From Syntrophales bacterium (GTDB taxonomy: Bacteria; Desulfobacterota; Syntrophia; Syntrophales; UBA2251), in assembly GCA_035358035.1 (NCBI GenBank), contig DAOPOS010000001.1:101909-165908 (forward strand): 64,000 nt of DNA, read 5' to 3'. Shown here piece after piece: positions 16,927 through 27,797 of the stretch. Made by a program: the position numbers and the translations under genes. Under the pieces are notes generated by a model, which worked only from the letters and a program-made list of their open reading frames with translations, made no database searches and was not told the origin of the DNA. Positions within the stretch are counted from its first letter, which is position 1, and each line of letters starts with the position of its first letter.

Positions 16927-18789
16927 CTACATCAGATCGTAAAACGACGAAACATATCTCAGCCTGCGTTCATATTCGGAGGCCTTGGCGGGATCCGTGG
17001 CCCCGTAAAGCCGGATCAATTTCCACAGGGTCCGGCGCTGGCCCGAATTGATGCTCAGGGACTTTTCGTAGGCCGCCGCCGCCGAGGAAAGGTTCCCCTG
17101 ACGGAAGAGCACGTCCCCCAACAGATCGTTTTTTTGCGCGGCCGCAAAAGAGTCGTCGCTGATCCTGTTGAGATAGGCGTGCCCCAAATCCGGCCTGCCC
17201 ATCTGGAAGGATCTTCCCGCCAGGGGGAGATTGGCGAAGGCGGAAAAGGGCTTGTCCATCTCCGAGGACAGGTTCCAGTAATACACCGCCTCGTCCTGGG
17301 CTCCCTTCGCGTTCATCACGATGGCGTGGGTATTGTAATAGGCGGCCTCGTCGTCCGTGGCCCGGACCGGAAGGTTCTCCACCACGACAAACAGCAGGAC
17401 GACGGCCAGACAACCGCCCACCCGCCTCTGGTTTCCTTCCCGGAACGCCCGGATGATCCCGGTCGCGCCCAGAACGGAGAAGGCAATGAGCAGGGGCATG
17501 ATCGGCACGCGATAGCGGCCGTTGGGGAAAAAGGCGATGAGGGTCGCGGCGTAGGCCGCCAGCACGAAGATCGCTGCCCTCGCTTTTCTGTCCTCGAGCC
17601 CACCGATGATCATGCCCATCATGGCCAAGGGAAAGACGAGCCCGAAACCGATGAAGGGGAGACGGAAGATCCTCACCACCCCTCCCATGAAGTCGATGCC
17701 GTAGTGATCGCACGCCTCGAAGCGGTTGACCATGGCGAGGGTCTTCTGACACTGTTTCCAGAGGAAGGCGCCCGGGTCGGCCTTCGCCTCCCGCAGGGTT
17801 TCCCTCGTCCAGTATCGAGACGCCTCATCCGGCGAAAGCCGTTTCCCCACCCGGCGGCTGGCTTCGATGGTAAAATGGATGCCCTGCTCGAACGGGGAGG
17901 TGGTCGCAAAGGGGACGGGCCGGTAATAGGGATCGGGGTTCTTCAGGTTATTGCCGAGATAGAGGTTGAACCCGCCCTGGGACGTGGTCAGGGCGAGCTT
18001 TCCGGCGACCGCGTAATTGCGGATGAGAAAGGGGGACAGGGCAAGGACCGCCCCCATGACGAACATCAGCAGGACGAAACCGGTTTTTCTGGCAGGCAGT
18101 CCGCCCCGGAAGGCATACCCGCCCATCAGGATGAAGATCACGGGGGCAATAATCACGGCATTGGGTCGGACATTGATCAACAACCCGACGGCCAGACCGA
18201 GGGCGCCGGTTTGAACGATAAAGCGCCCCCCGGGCCGGAAGGCCCCCGCCCCCGATCCGTCCTTTTCGCCGGAGAGGCCGTTCGTGACCACGATCAGGAG
18301 GTAGAAAACGGCGGCGAAGAGGCAGGTGGACAGCGCTTCTTTCAGGGGAACGATGCTGTAGAGGATGAACGGCTTGTACAGGCAGGCCACCAGACAGGCC
18401 AGGAGGCCGACCTTGCGGTTCGCCAGCGCCGTTCCGATGAGGTAAACGAGCCCGCAGGTCATGACGCCCAAGGCCACGTTGAGAAACCGGACAAACAGGA
18501 CATCCGGCGAAAAGACCCGGTAGAGGAACGCCACGACATAGGCGTAGAGCGGGGCGAATTCATAGATCGACCGGGATGTGAACGTGCCGTCGGCGATCTT
18601 CTTGGCCCACTCGTGGTAGATCCGTTCGTCCCAGAGGAGAAAATCGAAATAGGCCGTTCCGGAAAGCTCGGCGAGTGCCGCCATCCGGATCAGCAAGGCG
18701 AGGAAGAGAATGCCCCCGAGGTAAAGCAAGACCGGGACAGATGTCCCGGCTGCTGCGACGGGTGTCGTCCCGGTTCTTTTCTTACCCAT
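16927..18789 (-). CDS. Polytopic membrane glycosyltransferase-like protein (GT39/ArnT-like) with C-terminal TPR repeats
   Basis: Many hydrophobic helices across residues 20-400. The C-terminal approx 150 aa show a TPR-like pattern (AYYNTHAIVMNAKGAQDEAVYYW, LGDVLFRQGNLSSAAAAYEKSL). The 717-aa plus-strand ORF opposite is low-complexity shadow. Confidence 0.7.
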   Translation of the reverse strand: MGKKRTGTTPVAAAGTSVPVLLYLGGILFLALLIRMAALAELSGTAYFDFLLWDERIYHEWAKKIADGTFTSRSIYEFAPLYAYVVAFLYRVFSPDVLFVRFLNVALGVMTCGLVYLIGTALANRKVGLLACLVACLYKPFILYSIVPLKEALSTCLFAAVFYLLIVVTNGLSGEKDGSGAGAFRPGGRFIVQTGALGLAVGLLINVRPNAVIIAPVIFILMGGYAFRGGLPARKTGFVLLMFVMGAVLALSPFLIRNYAVAGKLALTTSQGGFNLYLGNNLKNPDPYYRPVPFATTSPFEQGIHFTIEASRRVGKRLSPDEASRYWTRETLREAKADPGAFLWKQCQKTLAMVNRFEACDHYGIDFMGGVVRIFRLPFIGFGLVFPLAMMGMIIGGLEDRKARAAIFVLAAYAATLIAFFPNGRYRVPIMPLLIAFSVLGATGIIRAFREGNQRRVGGCLAVVLLFVVVENLPVRATDDEAAYYNTHAIVMNAKGAQDEAVYYWNLSSEMDKPFSAFANLPLAGRSFQMGRPDLGHAYLNRISDDSFAAAQKNDLLGDVLFRQGNLSSAAAAYEKSLSINSGQRRTLWKLIRLYGATDPAKASEYERRLRYVSSFYDLM

Positions 18790-19002
18790 GCTTCAGGGGA
18801 CTCCGAGCCCCGGCCTTCGTCGGAAAGGGATCATGAGGTTCGTCTCTTCAAGCCTGAGTTGGCTATAAGACATCGCCGCCAAATGTCAAGAAAACAATCG
18901 GCCGCCGTGAAGCGGACCGGTCGCCGGGCGACGGTCGACGCAAACGGGGTCGGCGGCCGTTTCGATTGACACCGGATCGTTCGGTTGATAAGGAAGGTCC
19001 CT

Positions 19003-19626
19003 ATGGAACTGATTCTCGTCCGGCACGGCGAAACCGCCTGGAACCGGGAAGGCCGGGTCCAGGGCATGAGCGATATCGACCTGAGCGACATCGGCGTGCA
19101 TCACGCCCGCCAGCTTGCCCGGTCCCTCAAGGATCACCCGGTCCACGCGATCTACGCCAGCCCCCTGATCCGGGCCCGGAAGACGGCCGAGATCATCAAC
19201 CAATACCACGATGCCCCGATCCGCCTGGAACCGGGGCTGATGGAGATGGACCAGGGGGATTTCGAAGGCCTCACCTATGCGGAGCTGATGGCCTGTGAAA
19301 GGGACTTCCTCCAGTCGTGGATCGCCGATCCGGCGTCCGTGCGGATGCCCCACGGGGAATCCCTGGACGAGCTCCAGGCCCGGGCGTGGCCGGTCATCGA
19401 CGGCATCCTCCAGCAATCCGCCGACGCCCTGGTGGTCTCGCACAGCTTTACCATCGCGTCGATTCTCTGCAGGATCAAGCGGATCAGCCTGTCGGACTTC
19501 AGGTCCGTCCACGTGGATCCCGCCTCCCGGACCGTCGTCCGGTTCAGCAACGGATCGGGAGAGGTCGTTGTGCTGAACGACCGGAGCCACCTCAACGACG
19601 GGGAGGAATCCGCCCGGTCCGCATGA
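19003..19626 (+). CDS. Histidine phosphatase family protein (phosphoglycerate mutase / CobC-like)
   Basis: ELILVRHGETAWN (RHG motif) and later VVSHSF. RBS AAGGAAGG before ATG 19003. Confidence 0.85.
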   Translation: MELILVRHGETAWNREGRVQGMSDIDLSDIGVHHARQLARSLKDHPVHAIYASPLIRARKTAEIINQYHDAPIRLEPGLMEMDQGDFEGLTYAELMACERDFLQSWIADPASVRMPHGESLDELQARAWPVIDGILQQSADALVVSHSFTIASILCRIKRISLSDFRSVHVDPASRTVVRFSNGSGEVVVLNDRSHLNDGEESARSA

Positions 19627-19694
19627 GCGCCCCCTGTGGACCCGGGAGGGGACGGGCAGGCCGCATGAGACCCGACACGACACCCTGGAACGCC

Positions 19695-20834
19695 ATGATC
19701 GGAACGGCCCGGCTGGCCCTGCTTTTGCTGTGCCTCTTGCTCCCGGCCTGTGCCGCCGGCCCGGAACGGGCGCACGATCCGCCGCCGTCATCGGTCCGCT
19801 GCCTGCCCGAGTTTCCCGACCGGGACGGCTGGTACGGCGGGGACGGCGCCTGCTCCATCCCGCTGGACGACCGCCGCGTCCTGTGGCTCTTCGGAGACAC
19901 CTTCGTTTCGGATCAGGCGGGCCGGCGGGACCGCGTGGCGATGAAGCTGGTCCTGGGAACGACGCTGGCCGTCTCCACCTGCTCCGCCGACGGGCAATTC
20001 CAAATCCGGTACTGGCTGAAGAAGAGGGACGGGGAAGTCGTGTCGTCCTTCGGCGAAAACGAATGGCTGTGGCCGCAGGACCCCTTCATGGTCGATCGCA
20101 TCCTCTACGTCCCGCTGGTCTCCGTCACGGCGGACCCGCGGAGGGAAGGGGCCTTCAAGTTCCGGATCGCGGGGCACAGGATCGCCCGGATCCGGAACTT
20201 CGCGGAGGCCGATCCGAACCGGTGGGCCGTGGACTACGTGGACCTGACCCCGGGCATCCCGGAGGGGGTCGAGGCGTTCGCGACGACGTCGGTCGTGTTC
20301 GGGGATCATGTCTATTTTTATCCCCTGTACCGCGGGGCGGGGGTCCTGGGCAATATCCTCGCCCGCATTCCGGCAAACCGGCTCGACGATCCGGCCCCGG
20401 CCATCGAGTACTGGACCCGGGACGGGCGGTGGGAAAGAGGACTGGATCCCGCGAAGATCAGGATCGTCCTGGACGCGGCCGTTTCGGAGCTGAGCGTGAG
20501 GCATCATCCCGACGACGGGACATGGGTCGCCGTCTACCTCTCCATCGAACACAACGGCCGGCGGATGCTCTATCAGACGGCGAACGCGCCCGAAGGGCCC
20601 TGGAACGAACCGAAGGTTGTGATCGGCGCCGTTCCCGAGGTCGACCGGGGCAGCCCCCGATACGACCCGGACAACTTCTGCTACGCCGGCAGGGAGCATC
20701 CGGAATTCGGCTGGGGAAGAACGCTCGTGGTCACCTATGTCTGCAATTCCTTCGCGGATGCCGAGGACGACGCGAGCTTCATCCGGCAGAACCTCTTCCT
20801 CTACCGCCCCGTCGTTGCGACCCCGAGCCACTGA
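19695..20834 (+). CDS. Lipoprotein, DUF4185-like
   Basis: MIGTARLALLLLCLLLPAC lipobox, then DGWYGGDGACSIPLDDRRVLWLFGDTFV, which resembles DUF4185. The start is uncertain; ATG 19623 overlaps the upstream stop as ATGA. Confidence 0.55.
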   Translation: MIGTARLALLLLCLLLPACAAGPERAHDPPPSSVRCLPEFPDRDGWYGGDGACSIPLDDRRVLWLFGDTFVSDQAGRRDRVAMKLVLGTTLAVSTCSADGQFQIRYWLKKRDGEVVSSFGENEWLWPQDPFMVDRILYVPLVSVTADPRREGAFKFRIAGHRIARIRNFAEADPNRWAVDYVDLTPGIPEGVEAFATTSVVFGDHVYFYPLYRGAGVLGNILARIPANRLDDPAPAIEYWTRDGRWERGLDPAKIRIVLDAAVSELSVRHHPDDGTWVAVYLSIEHNGRRMLYQTANAPEGPWNEPKVVIGAVPEVDRGSPRYDPDNFCYAGREHPEFGWGRTLVVTYVCNSFADAEDDASFIRQNLFLYRPVVATPSH

Positions 20835-21070
20835 ACCGTCTTTGCGCACAAGGCACGGAAGCCATTGCGTTTGAAAAGCAGGCCTGCCCGTCCATCGCGC
20901 CCCGGTGCCTGAATCCGGGACCGGACGCGTCGGATGACCGGCGCATGACGCAGAGGCGCTGCCCCCGGCAGAACGCGGCCGTCGCAGCCCGGCCCCGTTG
21001 CCTTACGTTAAAATACAACCGAAGGGGGAGGGGAAACGTTGCCTCATCATTCATGTCACCGGCAAATCCG

Positions 21071-21099
21071 TTGACAGGGGCAGGCGTTTTACCTATACT
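21071..21099 (+). promoter_or_regulatory. Sigma-70 promoter for the tonB-like gene
   Basis: TTGACA at 21071-21076, exact 17-nt spacer, TATACT at 21094-21099, 48 nt before the start codon. Confidence 0.5.
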
Positions 21100-21146
21100 C
21101 CCGCTGCCCGATCCCCCGGGCCGAACCGCGCGGGGACGGGGCCGGA

Positions 21147-21950
21147 TTGGAACCGATGGAAGAAACCCTTTCGCACGACACGGACCTGCGATTCGTCACG
21201 GGGACAGGCCCTGGCGGACGGCAGCCGCGGGCCGGAAACGCCCTGGCGCTCCCCTTCGCCCTGTCCCTGGCGATCCACGTGGCGCTGGGCCTGGTGCTCC
21301 TCGGAGAGACCTTCCGCACCCTCCCCCCCCGGCAAAGCGAGGCGGGCCTGTCGCCCCTGCAGGTCGTCTGGGTTTCCGCATCCGAGAGGGCGACGACCGC
21401 GCCGCAGCGCACGCCGGGGGTGAAGCGCGCACCGAAAGCCTCGCCGGTGACCGCCGAGGCGGCCGCCCCCGCGCCTCCGTCCGCGGCGCTCGCCGGGCTC
21501 CCGGCAATCCCGTCCCTCTCGAAGGCAATGCCGCAGCGCCCCACGGAGACCGCCGCAACACAGCCGGCGAGCGCACGTCCCGGGACGGGCCTGACCGCCC
21601 CGGCCTCCCCCCCGTCAAGCGGCGTCCTCGCCGCGGCTGCCGGGGAGGCCCCCGCGCTGACCCTGCCGCGCTACCGGGCAAACGACGCCCCGGCCTACCC
21701 GGCCCTGGCCCGCCTGCGGGGTTACGAAGGCCTGGTGCTCCTCGCCGCGCAGGTGTCCGAGCAGGGGCGCGTCCAGACGATCCGCGTCAAGAAATCCTCC
21801 GGCTACGCCGTTCTGGACCGCTCGGCCGAGGAGGCCGTCCGGTCCTGGCGCTTCGAGCCGGGGAGGCGGATGGGAACGCCCATGGCCATGTGGGTGGAGG
21901 TCCCGGTGCGGTTCATCCTCGAGGATTCGCCCGCCTTTTCCGACTCCTAG
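21147..21950 (+). CDS. tonB: TonB-family energy transducer
   Basis: N-terminal membrane anchor and a Pro/Ala-rich spacer. C-terminal TonB domain: YPALARLRGYEGLVLLAAQVSEQGRVQTIRVKKSSGYAVLDRSAEEAVRSWRFEPG. Confidence 0.8.
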   Translation: MEPMEETLSHDTDLRFVTGTGPGGRQPRAGNALALPFALSLAIHVALGLVLLGETFRTLPPRQSEAGLSPLQVVWVSASERATTAPQRTPGVKRAPKASPVTAEAAAPAPPSAALAGLPAIPSLSKAMPQRPTETAATQPASARPGTGLTAPASPPSSGVLAAAAGEAPALTLPRYRANDAPAYPALARLRGYEGLVLLAAQVSEQGRVQTIRVKKSSGYAVLDRSAEEAVRSWRFEPGRRMGTPMAMWVEVPVRFILEDSPAFSDS

Positions 21951-22026
21951 CCGGCGCGGCACCGGGCGGAAGGCCGGGCCCCCGCGGGGAGCGTCCCGGA
22001 TGGAAAACGCGACAAGGAGACCCTTC

Positions 22027-22632
22027 ATGGATGCACGCAAAAAGCGCCTCGCCGAACTGATTCTGGAGAAGTCCTTCCAGTACCGCGAGGATCCGCCGTT
22101 CACGCTGGCCTCCGGCCGGCAGAGCCATTTTTATTTCAACTGCAAGCCCACCACCCTCGACCCGGAGGGGATGAACCTGATCGGGGAGATCCTCTGCGAC
22201 CTGCTGGCCGACGTTCCCGTCACGGCCGCGGGGGGGCTCACCCTGGGCGCCGATCCGCTCGCCAACGCCCTGGCCGTCATCTCCTTCCAGCGGGGAAAGC
22301 CCGTCAAGGCCTTTATCGTCCGCAAGGAGGCCAAGGGCCACGGCACGAAGAGCAAGATCGAGGGGAACGTCCGGGCCGGCGAACGGGTCGTGATCCTCGA
22401 CGACGTCATCACCACGGGCGGTTCGACGATCACCGCCATCGAGGCCGCCCGGGAGGCGGGCCTCGTCGTCGACCGGGTGATCGCGCTGGTCGACCGGGAG
22501 GAGGGAGGACGGGAAAACATCCTCGCCCACTGCCCCGTGGTCCAGAGCGTCCTCACCCGGACGGAGGTCATGGACCTTTACCGCGACCGGGCGGTCCGAC
22601 CGACGCTTGACAAACCGGCTCCAAAAGGCTAA
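22027..22632 (+). CDS. pyrE: Orotate phosphoribosyltransferase
   Basis: FTLASGRQSHFYFNCK and the PRPP-binding loop VVILDDVITTGGST. Confidence 0.85.
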   Translation: MDARKKRLAELILEKSFQYREDPPFTLASGRQSHFYFNCKPTTLDPEGMNLIGEILCDLLADVPVTAAGGLTLGADPLANALAVISFQRGKPVKAFIVRKEAKGHGTKSKIEGNVRAGERVVILDDVITTGGSTITAIEAAREAGLVVDRVIALVDREEGGRENILAHCPVVQSVLTRTEVMDLYRDRAVRPTLDKPAPKG

Positions 22633-22649
22633 AGGGGCGCCGATTTTTC

Positions 22650-23372
22650 ATGCATGAGGCGCCGATGAAAAGGTTTGTTCTGCCAATCGCGGTCGGACTG
22701 CTCGTCCTGTTCGGACTGGCGACAACAGTCTTCTCCCTGCGCGAGGACGCCGTGGTGGTGGCCCGCTTTTTGTCCCCCGAGCTGGAGCGCGGTGCGCCGC
22801 CGGGGTGGATCCTGGACCGGAAGGCGGGCACCCCGGTCATCCGTTTCGAACGCGACGGGGATGCCTACGCCCTGAACCTCGTCAGCGACCGCCATTCGGC
22901 CTTCGGGATCAGCCGCCCCCTGCGCGTCAACGTCCGGGAGTATCCCTACCTGAACTGGCGCTGGAAGGTGGAGCGCCTGCCGAAGGGCGGCGACGTCCGC
23001 AAGGCCGGCGCCAACGACCAGGCGAGCCAGCTCTACGTCGCCTTCACCCCCGTCGGTCTCCAGGCGCGTCTGAACGCCCCCGTTGTCGGCTACATCTGGG
23101 ACAACGAGGCCCCCAAGGGCCTGGCCGTCCAAAGCCCCTACCGCCTCCTGGGAAAGGTCCGCTACATCGTCGTCCGGAACAAGACCGACGAGCTCGGCCG
23201 GTGGCACATGGAAAAACGGAACGTCTACGAGGACTACAAGCGGCTGTTCAAGGAAATCAAGGGCGGCGAACCCCAGGGGACCACGCAGGGCGTCCAGATC
23301 TACATCAACTCCCAGAACACCCGCAGCGAGGCGGAGGCCGCGCTGGGGGAAATCTATTTCTCGAAACGCTAG
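22650..23372 (+). CDS. DUF3047 domain protein
   Basis: N-terminal anchor, then YPYLNWRWKVERLPKGGDVRKAGANDQASQLYVAF, characteristic of DUF3047. Confidence 0.75.
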   Translation: MHEAPMKRFVLPIAVGLLVLFGLATTVFSLREDAVVVARFLSPELERGAPPGWILDRKAGTPVIRFERDGDAYALNLVSDRHSAFGISRPLRVNVREYPYLNWRWKVERLPKGGDVRKAGANDQASQLYVAFTPVGLQARLNAPVVGYIWDNEAPKGLAVQSPYRLLGKVRYIVVRNKTDELGRWHMEKRNVYEDYKRLFKEIKGGEPQGTTQGVQIYINSQNTRSEAEAALGEIYFSKR

Positions 23373-23491
23373 ACCCGGCGACCCGACTGCCCCCGGGAAA
23401 GCCCCCCTTTTTTTAACCGGATGTGCTATGGTGCCCCCGGGGATGGGCCTGATCCGCCCGACTCCCGGAATGGAACCCAGGATGCACCGCC

Positions 23492-26400
23492 ATGTCCCTC
23501 ACCGACACCCCCAAGCGGGCCTGGATCGGGCTGGTTCTGGCCCTGGCACTGGCAGGCATCGCCGCGGCGGTCCTCTACGCCCAATTGCCGAAACTGCTGG
23601 ACCCGGAACGCTACCGGACCGAGATTCTTGAAGCCGCCCGGAAGCACCTGCATCGCGACCTGACGTTCTCCCGGGCCCAATTCTCCTGGCGTCCCGTCCC
23701 CGTGCTCACCGTCCAGGGGCTGAAGATCACCGACCGGGACGGCGCCTCCCCGCTCCTGTCCGTCGAAAAGGCCTCCCTGCACCCGGCCCTCCTGCCCCTG
23801 TTGCGCGGCCGGGTCGTCCTCAAGTCCCTGACGCTCGACCGTCCCCGCCTGTTCGTCGTCCGCGGCCCGGACGGGCGCCTCAACATCGCGGACCTCCTGG
23901 AGGGTCCCTCGACCGACCCGGTGCGGCAATGGCGCATCCGTGACGGGGAGGCCGTCTTCCTGGACCGGCGGGCCGGCCCAAACGGTCACGTGACGACCCT
24001 GGCGGGCGTGAATCTGCGGATTGACAACTGGCGCCGGGGGGAAAAAACGGCCCTCCGGCTCGAAAGTCGCCTGTCCGCCCGTCCCCTGCCCCCGGCGGCC
24101 CCTGCGTTTGCACACGCAGGCGCAGGTCCCCCGGGAGAGGCGGGGCCGGAACCACTGCCGGCCACCCTGAACCTGAACGGAACGCTGACCCTGGCCGGCC
24201 GCGACGCGCCGCTGACCGCCAGCCGGTTCGACGGCCGTTTGCGGCTGAAGGGGCTCTCGCTGGATCAGTTCCGGCCCTACGGGGAGGCCTTCGGCGCGCC
24301 AACGGCGGCGGGTCGCCTGGACCTGTCGTTGACCGGGCAGGGGACGGCCGATCGCTTCGACGTGCGGGCCGAGGCGTCGCTCGCGGCGCTCTACGTCTCC
24401 TGGCCGGCGGTCTTTCCGCGGCCCCTGACCCCCGACGCGGTTCGCGTCCGCGGCCGTCTGACCCGGGAACCGGGGCAATGGGCCCTCGACGGCGCCCGGG
24501 TCGACCTCGATCACCTGCGTCTGGAAGGCGGCTTCCGCCTGCACGCGCTCGACACCCGCGATCCGATCCTGTCCGCCCGCGTTTCGATCCCCCGCCTGAG
24601 CGCGGCGGAGGCGAAGCCCTACATCCCCTTCGGCCTCCTTCCCCGGGACACGGGAAACTTTTTCCGGAACATTCTCCGGCAGGCCGTCTTCACCGACGTC
24701 ACGGGGCGTCTCCAGGGACGCCTCAGCCGGATCCGGCAGATGGACCGCGGCGACAACGCCCGGGCGCTGGCCGTACGCGCGCGGGTGGACCGCGGGATCC
24801 TGTCCTTCGGCCCGGACATCCCGCTTTTTGAAGACATCGCCGGGCAGATTCGCCTGGAGGGGACGGACATCCTGTGCGAGGGGATGACCGGCCGCATCGG
24901 CGCCTCGCCGTTCCGCCTGGACGGCCGGATGACGGGCTATCCGCTCGACGCCCCGTCGCGCTACCCGTTTACCGCAACCCTGAATCCCCACCCCCGGGAG
25001 ATCCAGTGGCTGCTGGGGGAGGCGGGCAGGCGCCTCCGGTATTCCGGCGCATCGGTCCTGCGGTTGACGGGCGACGGCGCCGGCGGCGACTATCGCCTGA
25101 ACGGGACGTGGGACGCCACCGCCGCCGATTATCAATTCCCCGGCATCCTGACCAAGCCCACTGGGGTTTCCAACCGGATCCGCGCAGTCCTGCGTTTTTC
25201 GCCCGGGTCCGTCCGGATCCAGGAGATGAAGTTCGACCTGGCGTCCCTTTCGGCCACCGTCAGCGGCGTCATTCCCCTCGACCGGGAAGGCCGCCTCCGC
25301 CTGAACGTCCGGACCGGGACGCTCCCCATCGAAGAGATGGCGCCGTACGTCCCCCGTCTGAAGCCCTACGCGCCGACCGGCCGGATCCGACTGAATATCG
25401 GCGGCCGGGGCGGGGCGGGGGCGGAGCCCCTCCGCTGGCGGGGGCGGATCTCGGTCGCGGAGGCCGGCTTCCGTCCGCCGGCGGGCCTCAAGCCGGTCCG
25501 GGACCTGAACGGCGCCCTCGTCCTGACGGGGACCGGCCTGGCCGCGGACGATCTGTCCGCCCGACTGGGCCGAACCCCGGTCTCGGCGTCCCTGCGCCTG
25601 GACGACTGGGAAAAACCGGCCCTCCGGGTCGGTCTCCGGTCTCCCCGTCTGGATCTGGCCGATGCCGGGCTGACCCACCCCCGGCGGGAGGTGTCGCTCC
25701 GGGACGTCGATCTCGAGGCCGACTACCGGAACGACGCCTGGCAGATCCGGAACCTGTCCGCCACGCTGAACCGGACGACGCTCCGGGCCCAGGGGGTGAT
25801 CCGGGAGAAACCCGAGCCCCGCGCCGATCTGGTCCTGTCCTTCCCGTTCCTCGATGTCGACGACGTGGCGCCCCTGGCCGAGATCGAGGGCGGCGACTGG
25901 ACGGCTCAGTCCAGTCCCCGCCCCTGGACGGTCGTCCTTACGGCCGACAACGGCCGGAACCAGGCGCTGACCTTCAGCAACCTCTCCGCCCGCATCCGCC
26001 ATGAGAACGACCGGATCGACGTCGCCGACGGCGTGGTCGACCTCTTCGGCGGCAAGGCGCAGGCGGAAGGCCGGATCGACCTGACGCAGGCGGGGAGGCC
26101 GGCCTACGACGCCCGCTTCTCCCTGACGGGCGCCAGCGCGGAACAGGCGACGGCCGCCTTGGAGATGCCGGACGGTTTCGTCACCGGGACGTTTTCCCTG
26201 GGGGGGCAGGTCCAGGCCGCCGGGTCCGCGCGGGACGACCTGATCCGGACGGCCGCGGGAACGCTGAGCTTCAAGGCCAAGGACGGCATGATCCGTAAAT
26301 TTGCCGTCCTGTCCAAGATCTTTTCGATCCTGAACGTTTCACAACTGTTCAAGTTCCAACTGCCCGACATGGTGAGCGGCGGCATGCCCTACAGCCGGAT

Positions 26401-26776
26401 CACGGGCCGTCTGTCCCTGGCGGACGGCGTGATCGTGACGGAGGATCTGTTCATCCGGAGCAACGCGATGAATATCTCGGTGGTGGGAAAGACGGATCTC
26501 GTCAAGGGGGTGACGGACCAGACCGTGGGCGTGCAGCCGCTCCAGACGGTGGACAAGGTCGTCAGCCGCATCCCCGTCGTCGGCTGGATCCTCTCGGGCG
26601 AGGACGGCCGGGTGCTGACGGTCTATTTCGAGGCCCGGGGCCCCCTCGCCGATCCCGTCGTCCAAGCCGTTCCCGTCCGGTCCCTGTCCAAGGGACTTCT
26701 GGACACATTCCGGAACCTCTTCCAGCTCCCGGCCCGCCTCTTCACCGACACGGGCGAGGTCCTCCTCGGCCGCTAG
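23492..26776 (+). CDS. AsmA-family / YhdP-like outer-membrane biogenesis protein
   Basis: 1094 aa with an N-terminal anchor (WIGLVLALALAGIAAAVLY) and an AsmA-type N-region. Long beta-rich body. C-terminal AsmA_2/DUF3971-like segment (FSILNVSQLFKFQLPDMVSGGMPYSRITG). Confidence 0.75.
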   Translation: MSLTDTPKRAWIGLVLALALAGIAAAVLYAQLPKLLDPERYRTEILEAARKHLHRDLTFSRAQFSWRPVPVLTVQGLKITDRDGASPLLSVEKASLHPALLPLLRGRVVLKSLTLDRPRLFVVRGPDGRLNIADLLEGPSTDPVRQWRIRDGEAVFLDRRAGPNGHVTTLAGVNLRIDNWRRGEKTALRLESRLSARPLPPAAPAFAHAGAGPPGEAGPEPLPATLNLNGTLTLAGRDAPLTASRFDGRLRLKGLSLDQFRPYGEAFGAPTAAGRLDLSLTGQGTADRFDVRAEASLAALYVSWPAVFPRPLTPDAVRVRGRLTREPGQWALDGARVDLDHLRLEGGFRLHALDTRDPILSARVSIPRLSAAEAKPYIPFGLLPRDTGNFFRNILRQAVFTDVTGRLQGRLSRIRQMDRGDNARALAVRARVDRGILSFGPDIPLFEDIAGQIRLEGTDILCEGMTGRIGASPFRLDGRMTGYPLDAPSRYPFTATLNPHPREIQWLLGEAGRRLRYSGASVLRLTGDGAGGDYRLNGTWDATAADYQFPGILTKPTGVSNRIRAVLRFSPGSVRIQEMKFDLASLSATVSGVIPLDREGRLRLNVRTGTLPIEEMAPYVPRLKPYAPTGRIRLNIGGRGGAGAEPLRWRGRISVAEAGFRPPAGLKPVRDLNGALVLTGTGLAADDLSARLGRTPVSASLRLDDWEKPALRVGLRSPRLDLADAGLTHPRREVSLRDVDLEADYRNDAWQIRNLSATLNRTTLRAQGVIREKPEPRADLVLSFPFLDVDDVAPLAEIEGGDWTAQSSPRPWTVVLTADNGRNQALTFSNLSARIRHENDRIDVADGVVDLFGGKAQAEGRIDLTQAGRPAYDARFSLTGASAEQATAALEMPDGFVTGTFSLGGQVQAAGSARDDLIRTAAGTLSFKAKDGMIRKFAVLSKIFSILNVSQLFKFQLPDMVSGGMPYSRITGRLSLADGVIVTEDLFIRSNAMNISVVGKTDLVKGVTDQTVGVQPLQTVDKVVSRIPVVGWILSGEDGRVLTVYFEARGPLADPVVQAVPVRSLSKGLLDTFRNLFQLPARLFTDTGEVLLGR

Positions 26777-27447
26777 GCCTCCCGGCGCAGACGGTTCACG
26801 AGCAGGTGAGCCCGCCGCGTCGGTTCCGGCAGACGGTAATTCCGGCAGCAGGCCAGGACCACCGCCGCCGCCGTCTCCACGGCGATCCGGTGGCCTGGTG
26901 AAACGAAGAGCGGGTTCGTCCGCCGCCTTGTCCTCAGGACCGTTCCGACAACGCGTCCGTCCATCCTCAGCTCGGACCGGCTTCCCGGCGCCTCCCCCAC
27001 CGGATCGAACGTCCCGCACAGGCGGGTCTTGGCGCAGCCGATCGTCGGGAGGTCGAGCCACAGGCCCAGGTGGGACGCCAGGCCGATACCCCGGGGATGG
27101 GCGATGCCCTGTCCGTCGAAGAGGATCAGGTCCGGCGGCCGGGCAAGACGGTCCAGGGCCGCGAGCATCACCGGCCCCTCCCGGAAGCTCAGGAGCCCGG
27201 GGATGTAGGGGAACGTGACCCGCCCGACCGCATGGGCCTCTTCCCTCACGACCAGGTCCGGGTAGGTCAGGACCACGGCGGCGGCGAAGAAGCGGTCGCT
27301 CCCGCGATCATAGGAAACGTCCGCGCCGGCCACGGTCCGGACGACGCCGGGCAGGGCGTCCTCCAGGACCAGCCGCCGCCGCAGGGTCTGCTGGATGCCG
27401 ACGGCCTCCCTCTGATCGCAATCCCAGCGATGCCGCGTCTCGATCAT
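26773..27447 (-). CDS. nfi: Endonuclease V
   Basis: AGADVSYD...PYIPGLLSFREGP...DLILFDGQGIAHPRGIGLASHLG...PTIGCAK. ATG at 27447 gives a typical 224 aa; the track extends to 27657. Confidence 0.85.
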   Translation of the reverse strand: MIETRHRWDCDQREAVGIQQTLRRRLVLEDALPGVVRTVAGADVSYDRGSDRFFAAAVVLTYPDLVVREEAHAVGRVTFPYIPGLLSFREGPVMLAALDRLARPPDLILFDGQGIAHPRGIGLASHLGLWLDLPTIGCAKTRLCGTFDPVGEAPGSRSELRMDGRVVGTVLRTRRRTNPLFVSPGHRIAVETAAAVVLACCRNYRLPEPTRRAHLLVNRLRREA

Positions 27448-27797
27448 GCCGATCCCCCGTGATCCGCCGCGCAACCCGGCCCCCGTTTCCGTCCGGCGCG
27501 CACGGGAGGTTTGATGGACTGAATGTTCAAATCGCGCCCGGATCCCGGCCGGCCGATTTTCCATTTCCCCTCTATCACGAAGCAGAAGGCGGTCCAACGG
27601 AATTTTGTCTTCATCCGCTGGGATCCGCAGCGGGCAGATCCCCCTTGACATTTTCACGCCTTAATACTATCCGAAATTAAAATCACATCGAACGGACACC
27701 CACGAATGGCCGAGCACGCCGGGAGACCCCGGCGGATGCGGATCGGCGTTATCGAATCGGGAGGCGTGTTTTCAAGCCCGGCGGACGGAAAGGCGGA